From: a virus
DNA length: 64,000 bases
Strand: one strand, 5' to 3'
Virus record (IMG/VR): IMGVR_UViG_3300025769_000069
Positions 58,744 to 64,000 of this stretch are shown piece after piece; within the stretch, counting starts at the first letter, position 1, and every line of letters starts with the position of its first letter. Made by a program: the position numbers and the translations under genes. Below the pieces are notes generated by a model. That model was not told where the DNA came from and did no database searches. It worked only from the letters and a program-made list of their open reading frames with translations.

Positions 58744-59546
58744 ATATTTTAATCGTTGGTCATGGTTTTGTAGGACAAGCTGTGGATTATGGTTTCCAAC
58801 ATCCGGACATTGAAAAGACTATTATTGATCCAAAATATGGAACAACAATAGATGAAATTGACCAAACAAAATATAGTGCAGCTTTTGTTTGTGTACCTAC
58901 ACCAATGGGCGATGATGGTCGTGTAAATTATTCTATAGTAAGAGATGTTGTTAATAAATTAAAAGATAAAATGGTTGTTATTATCAAATCAACTATTACG
59001 CCAGATTTTTTTGATTTATATGCTGACGCAAATCACATTGTTTATAATCCAGAATTTTTAACTGAAAAATCTGCAAAAGAAGATTTTGTAAATCCTCCTT
59101 TCCATATCTTAGGTGGTTCAGAGTTTTCTATTGATTATGTAGAAAAACTATATGATAATTATAGTCTGTGTAATCCGTGTCCAGTATTCAAAGTAAGCCA
59201 TAAAGAAGCAAGTTTAATTAAATATGGTATCAATAATTTCTTATCTATGAAAGTTACATTTTTCAATCAACTGTACGACTTGGCTCAAAAAGAGGGTGTA
59301 AACTTTAATAAAATTTCTCGTGTAATTGGGTCAGATCCTCGCATTGGTCAATCACACACTAAAGTTCCAGGGTTTGATGGTAAACAAGGTTATGGTGGAG
59401 CATGTTTCCCAAAAGATACTTCAGCACTATTTAATTATGATAAGGGGTTTACAATCATTGGAGAATGTATTAGAATTAATAATGGATACAGATCTCAATA
59501 TGATTTAGATGAAAGAGAAAGAGAGCAGAATGTTAAGTTTTCTTAG
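58740..59546 (+). CDS. UDP-glucose/GDP-mannose dehydrogenase family (short form)
   Basis: GHGFVG, CVPTP, IKST, NPEFL, KY..N.FL..KVTFFN, GYGGACFPKD. Confidence 0.9.
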   Translation: MNILIVGHGFVGQAVDYGFQHPDIEKTIIDPKYGTTIDEIDQTKYSAAFVCVPTPMGDDGRVNYSIVRDVVNKLKDKMVVIIKSTITPDFFDLYADANHIVYNPEFLTEKSAKEDFVNPPFHILGGSEFSIDYVEKLYDNYSLCNPCPVFKVSHKEASLIKYGINNFLSMKVTFFNQLYDLAQKEGVNFNKISRVIGSDPRIGQSHTKVPGFDGKQGYGGACFPKDTSALFNYDKGFTIIGECIRINNGYRSQYDLDEREREQNVKFS

Positions 59547-60369
59547 TAAGAAACCTAAAACCGAAAATATTCGTTGGGGTTGGGATCATCAATGGGATCC
59601 TGCAGTGGATCTGATGATGCCACAAGGAGGTAGTGGTACGTCTCTACAACTAGACGACTTTTTGGATGTTAAACCAATTCCAAAATGGTTTAAAAACATG
59701 CCAACTCTTGTGGATGAAGTGCGCCATCATCCTGGCAATAATTCAAATGAAAAACTTATGAATTGGTTTTATCAACCCAATAATTGGAACGCATTATTCG
59801 ACAAGAGACTAGATCAACATACAACTTTCCGTACAATGAAAGGATGCCCTGCTGTATTAAATCAATTTACTCATAGTGTTTTAATTAAAACTCCTAGTGA
59901 TTTGTTTATTGAAGTTCACGAAAAATATGGACCAAGATTTAAATCGCATTTAGATTGTATGTCTTTCACAGGTCATGCTCCAAACCAAACTGAAGGGAGC
60001 CCACTGGATAAAAATTTTTGGATTATAAAAGCACATACACCACTAATTTTTTCTTCAGAAGTTGGCAATCGCGTTTTCTATCAAGATTGTTTATGGGAAA
60101 AAATATATGATTTTAGAATTGTTCCAGGTCACATTGGAATCAAGACAAAAGAAATAGTTCCAATAACATTCTTTATGGCTTTCCCAAGAAATCTACCTAC
60201 TGCTAAATATGTTTTAAAACGTGGCGAGCCATTAGCTTATATTACTTTTATGAATAAATTTAAAAAATTTATTTATGACGAATCGCTATTTAAAAAACAT
60301 AGAAGAGATCAATATCAAAGGCATTTTTCTTATTTCGAAAAGCCCAAAATATCATATGAGGAAAACTAA
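59530..60369 (+). CDS. Hypothetical protein
   Basis: Long ORF; TMKGCP...IKTPSD and LKRGEPLA motifs of an uncharacterised phage family; start uncertain (59509 or 59530). Confidence 0.6.
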   Translation: MLSFLSKKPKTENIRWGWDHQWDPAVDLMMPQGGSGTSLQLDDFLDVKPIPKWFKNMPTLVDEVRHHPGNNSNEKLMNWFYQPNNWNALFDKRLDQHTTFRTMKGCPAVLNQFTHSVLIKTPSDLFIEVHEKYGPRFKSHLDCMSFTGHAPNQTEGSPLDKNFWIIKAHTPLIFSSEVGNRVFYQDCLWEKIYDFRIVPGHIGIKTKEIVPITFFMAFPRNLPTAKYVLKRGEPLAYITFMNKFKKFIYDESLFKKHRRDQYQRHFSYFEKPKISYEEN

Positions 60370-60371
60370 TA

Positions 60372-61418
60372 ATGTCAATTATGGACAAACTTAAAAAGAA
60401 CAGTAAGATTAAAACTACCGAAGTTTTATCTGAATCTAAGTTCTTTACAGAAAAAGACATGGTTCCAACAGATGTGCCAATGATTAATGTAGCACTATCT
60501 GGTTCAGTTGATGGTGGACTTACACCAGGAATGACTGTGCTTGCTGGACCATCTAAACATTTTAAAACATCATTTGCATTATTGATGGCAGCTGCTTATT
60601 TGAAAAAATATCCAGATGCTGTAATGCTATTTTATGATTCCGAGTTTGGCTCACCACAATCTTACTTTACTCAATTTGGTATTGATACTGCAAGAGTGTT
60701 ACATACACCAATTGCAAACGTTGAAGAGTTAAAGTTTGATTTGGTGGGTCAATTAGAAGAAATTGAACGCGGTGATCGCGTAATTATTGTGATTGACTCT
60801 ATTGGTAACCTTGCATCAAAGAAAGAATTGGAAGACGCCTTGAATGAAAAATCTGTGGCGGATATGTCACGGGCTAAAGCGCTCAAAGGCTTGTTCCGTA
60901 TGACTACTCCATATTTAACTATGAAAGATGTGCCATTATTGGCCGTCAATCATACGTATAAAGAAATTGGTCTATTTCCTAAAGATGTTGTTGGTGGAGG
61001 TACTGGTATCTATTATTCAGCAGATAATATTTGGATTATTGGTCGCCAACAAGATAAAAAGGGAACTGAGATTCAAGGTTATCATTTTGTAATTAATGTA
61101 GAGAAAAGCAGATATGTTAAAGAAAAATCTAAGATTCCTATTACTGTTTCCTGGGACGGTGGTGTCCGTAATTACTCTGGGCTGCTCGATTGTGCTCTTG
61201 CTGGCGGTTATGTTACTAAGCCTTCCAATGGCTGGTATGCTACAGTTGATCAGGATACTGGTGAAATTGGAGCAAAAGTTCGGTACGATACAACTCTTGG
61301 TAAGTCTTTCTGGGACCCAATATTTGCTGAAACAGATTTTAAAACTTTCCTAAATAAACAATATAGTATAGGACACCAATCCTTGGTGGACATGGACGAA
61401 ATTGTTGAGGAAGTATGA
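60372..61418 (+). CDS. uvsX: RecA-like recombinase UvsX
   Basis: AGPSKHFKT, FYDSEFG, IDSIGNLASKKE, GGGTG. Confidence 0.96.
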   Translation: MSIMDKLKKNSKIKTTEVLSESKFFTEKDMVPTDVPMINVALSGSVDGGLTPGMTVLAGPSKHFKTSFALLMAAAYLKKYPDAVMLFYDSEFGSPQSYFTQFGIDTARVLHTPIANVEELKFDLVGQLEEIERGDRVIIVIDSIGNLASKKELEDALNEKSVADMSRAKALKGLFRMTTPYLTMKDVPLLAVNHTYKEIGLFPKDVVGGGTGIYYSADNIWIIGRQQDKKGTEIQGYHFVINVEKSRYVKEKSKIPITVSWDGGVRNYSGLLDCALAGGYVTKPSNGWYATVDQDTGEIGAKVRYDTTLGKSFWDPIFAETDFKTFLNKQYSIGHQSLVDMDEIVEEV

Positions 61419-61618
61419 CAAAATATAAAGTAATATATCCCCCGGATGGGCATGCATATGGATTTCCCCGTTTGATGCCAGAACATATAAATCCAAAAAC
61501 TCCAGCTTTTAATGAGTTTTTAAAAACCAATGGGTATCCATCTCACAAGATACCTATTGCCAATGATTTTACTGAAATGTGGAGTTTAGACAGCGATGAA
61601 AGAAAACATAGATTATGA
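61415..61618 (+). CDS. Small hypothetical protein
   Basis: PPDGHAYGFP..P motif; coupled overlaps on both sides. Confidence 0.6.
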   Translation: MTKYKVIYPPDGHAYGFPRLMPEHINPKTPAFNEFLKTNGYPSHKIPIANDFTEMWSLDSDERKHRL

Positions 61619-61862
61619 GTTGATCCCTATTGAGGATGCTGAACATTGGAATGTCAGAATCAAAACAGGTGATTACATTGAAACAGTTTTTCAGTTCGGA
61701 GCTTTAAAAGTAAATGATGACATAGACAGTATGACTTTTAATTTTGATATTGTTTCTACACCAGATGATACTTTAACTACTGAAGATATTGGTTTACAAA
61801 ATCACGTAGGTATGATATTATCATCTATATTAGAATCAGCTATAGGTCAAGCTCAAGGATGA
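61596..61862 (+). CDS. gp40-like head vertex assembly chaperone
   Basis: Synteny uvsX-gp40-gp41; acidic 88 aa. Confidence 0.55.
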   Translation: MKENIDYELIPIEDAEHWNVRIKTGDYIETVFQFGALKVNDDIDSMTFNFDIVSTPDDTLTTEDIGLQNHVGMILSSILESAIGQAQG

Positions 61863-63229
61863 ATATTAATATTGAACAAACAGTCTTGCGCAATGTTCTT
61901 ACAAATGAGAAATATATGCGCAAGGTTTTACCATTTGTAAAACCAGAATATTTTGAAGGTGTTTATCGACAACTATTTAAAGAAGTAGCTAAATATGTTG
62001 CAAAATATAATCGCTTGCCAACAATGGAATCATTTAAGATTGAAGTAGATCAATCAGATAAATTCAATGACGAACAATACCAGCATGCCGTAGAAATTAT
62101 TCCAAATGTATTTACTCATGAAAAAGTAGATGACAAGTGGCTTATAGATACTACTGAGAAATGGTGCCAAGATCGTGCTGTTTATAATGCAATCATGGAA
62201 TCCATTAGTATTATTGATGGTAAACATCAGAGCTTAACTAAGAATGCTTTACCAGATATTCTTACCAAAGCTTTGGCGGTATCCTTTGACACTAACATTG
62301 GCCATGATTATATTGAAAACGCTGATAGTCGATATGAGTTTTATCATGAAAAAGAAGAACGTCTTCCATTCGATTTAGAATATTTTAATAAAATTACAAA
62401 GGGTGGTCTTCCTAATAAAACACTGAATATTGCTCTTGCTGGCACTGGTGTTGGTAAATCTCTCTTTATGTGTCATGTAGCTGCAGCAGCATTAACTCAA
62501 GGTAAGAACGTACTTTATATTACATTAGAAATGAGTGAAGAGCGTATCGCTGAACGCATAGATGCCAATCTTTTAGATGTGCCAATAGATCAATTAGAAT
62601 CATTATCAAAAGAAATGCTGTTGAATAAAGTTTCTACTATTGCTGCTCGTACTAATGGGAAATTAATTATAAAAGAATATCCAACTGGCCAAGCACATGC
62701 TAATCATTTCAGAGGCTTATTAAATGAGCTCAAGTTAAAAAAGAATTTTGTTCCAGAGATTATTTTTATTGACTATTTAAATATTTCTGCATCAGCAAGA
62801 ATGAAAGGTATGGGAGGTGCTATTAACTCTTATTCTTATATTAAAGCGATTGCTGAAGAAATTCGTGGTTTGGCTGTGGAATTTAATGTGCCAATTATGT
62901 CAGCTACTCAAACAACTCGTTCTGGATATTCTAATTCAGATGTTGGTTTGGAAGATACTTCAGAATCATTTGGCTTACCGGCAACCGCTGATTTAATGTT
63001 TGCTTTAATTTCTAATGACGAGCTAGCTGCGAATGGCCAAATTATGGTAAAGCAATTAAAGAATAGATACAACGATCCAAATATAAATAAACGATTTGTT
63101 GTAGCTGTGGATAGATCTAAAATGAGACTATTCGATGTAGACAATCCAGATGCTGGATTAGTTGATGATACTCCGGCTTTTGATAAGTCGGAAGTAAATA
63201 AAAGATTTGAAGATTTTAAATTGGAGTAA
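61859..63229 (+). CDS. gp41: Replicative helicase gp41
   Basis: LAGTGVGKS, TLEM.EE, IDYLNI, SESFGLPATAD, QLKNRY. Confidence 0.96.
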   Translation: MNINIEQTVLRNVLTNEKYMRKVLPFVKPEYFEGVYRQLFKEVAKYVAKYNRLPTMESFKIEVDQSDKFNDEQYQHAVEIIPNVFTHEKVDDKWLIDTTEKWCQDRAVYNAIMESISIIDGKHQSLTKNALPDILTKALAVSFDTNIGHDYIENADSRYEFYHEKEERLPFDLEYFNKITKGGLPNKTLNIALAGTGVGKSLFMCHVAAAALTQGKNVLYITLEMSEERIAERIDANLLDVPIDQLESLSKEMLLNKVSTIAARTNGKLIIKEYPTGQAHANHFRGLLNELKLKKNFVPEIIFIDYLNISASARMKGMGGAINSYSYIKAIAEEIRGLAVEFNVPIMSATQTTRSGYSNSDVGLEDTSESFGLPATADLMFALISNDELAANGQIMVKQLKNRYNDPNINKRFVVAVDRSKMRLFDVDNPDAGLVDDTPAFDKSEVNKRFEDFKLE

Positions 63230-63232
63230 ATT

Positions 63233-63349
63233 ATGGCTAAAGGTTTTACTAATGCAAAGAAGACGTCCATTGGTCGTCGTAATATCAAAACATCATCTAT
63301 GAACAAAGGTAAAAAACGTTCATTTAAAAAATATCGAGGTCAAGGTTAA
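63233..63349 (+). CDS. 38-aa highly basic peptide (absent from ORF track)
   Basis: SD GGAG; MAKGFTNAKKTSIGRRNIKTSSMNKGKKRSFKKYRGQG; stop overlaps thyX ATG. Confidence 0.7.
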   Translation: MAKGFTNAKKTSIGRRNIKTSSMNKGKKRSFKKYRGQG

Positions 63350-64000
63350 TGCATGCAAAGCTCATTTCCTATAGCCAACCCGGCGGTCGTATCCACGCAG
63401 GCGAACCAGCTTACAGGGGATTGGATAACATCCAAGACCTCATTGCCTATTGCGCCCGTGTCTCCAATCCATCCAACCAAGCTAACACCAAAACAACGGC
63501 AAAGTTACTTGACTATCTCATCAAGCACAAACACTGGTCACCATTCGAAATGGCAAGCGCCTGCATCGAAGTCGAAACCACCAGAGACATTGCAAGACAA
63601 CTCCTCCGCCACCGTTCCTTTAGTTTCCAAGAGTTTTCTCAGCGGTATGCTGACATCCGCGATCTTAATGATAATTTTGTAATTCGTGATGCACGTCTTC
63701 AAGACACTAAGAATCGACAAAATAGTATTGATACTACAGACGTTGAATTGCAACAACAATGGGAAGGTTATCAAAAAGGAGTTATCAATGCAGCAAAACA
63801 AGCATATGAATGGGCAATCGAAAATGGAATTGCCAAAGAACAAGCAAGAGTCGTTCTTCCAGAAGGTAACACGGTATCTCGTCTCTATGTTAATGGTACT
63901 ATTCGCTCCTGGATACATTATGTCGAGCTACGTTCGGCAAATGGAACCCAAAAAGAGCATATGGAACTGGCGAGGGCGATAGCAGAAGCTATAAGTAAGA
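63349..64000 (+). CDS. thyX: Flavin-dependent thymidylate synthase ThyX, 3'-truncated (absent from ORF track)
   Basis: Translated by hand: AYCARVS, HKHWSPFEM, RQLLRHRSFSFQEFSQRY, KEQARVVLP. Confidence 0.95.
   Translation, partial: MHAKLISYSQPGGRIHAGEPAYRGLDNIQDLIAYCARVSNPSNQANTKTTAKLLDYLIKHKHWSPFEMASACIEVETTRDIARQLLRHRSFSFQEFSQRYADIRDLNDNFVIRDARLQDTKNRQNSIDTTDVELQQQWEGYQKGVINAAKQAYEWAIENGIAKEQARVVLPEGNTVSRLYVNGTIRSWIHYVELRSANGTQKEHMELARAIAEAISK

Noticed and set aside
32022-63229. Introns, inteins or homing endonucleases in gp17, gp20, gp23, gp43, uvsX, gp41
   Set aside because: All are contiguous and of ordinary length; no LAGLIDADG/HNH/GIY-YIG or intein motifs seen
63353-63982. Track ORFs 63353..63682, 63686..63982 and 63538..63918
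   Set aside because: Shadows of thyX, which starts at 63349 and runs off the window
1-64000. tRNA, rRNA, integrase, photosynthesis genes, gp24
   Set aside because: None recognised; intergenic gaps are short and explained by promoters and terminators; lack of gp24 after gp23 is usual for marine T4-like phages

Overview
A 64 kb, AT-rich segment of a T4-like myovirus genome with marine exo-T-even/cyanophage-like gene order. The host is probably an alphaproteobacterium (inferred from a DUF1127 gene and an hsp20 with a ROSE-like leader; no photosynthesis genes are in this window). Left part (1-29 kb) is a fibre/accessory island. It holds a 2191-aa repeat-rich fibre and three tandem collagen (Gly-X-Y) genes with C-terminal S74 autocleaving chaperones. 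Next come six 2OG-Fe(II) dioxygenase domains, two GT2 glycosyltransferases (one fused to a dioxygenase, one to a methyltransferase), an NDP-sugar dehydratase and three Pro-rich proteins. Middle (29-42 kb) is gp13-gp23 and gp3. Right (42-64 kb) is uvsY, uvsW, gp55, gp47, gp46, gp45, gp44, dexA, gp62, regA, an hsp20/DUF1127 cassette, gp43, a nucleotide-sugar cluster, uvsX, gp40, gp41 and a truncated thyX. The best candidate for a new system is a phage collagen maturation pathway: three length-matched chains (possible heterotrimer), a propeptide-like chaperone, hydroxylases and glycosyltransferases, plus Asp-Ser motifs on exposed virion proteins. Other notable signals are a ROSE-type RNA thermometer on hsp20, an orphan antisense early promoter and a possible overprinted gene in gp46. 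All calls come from motif recognition by eye; no database searches were run.
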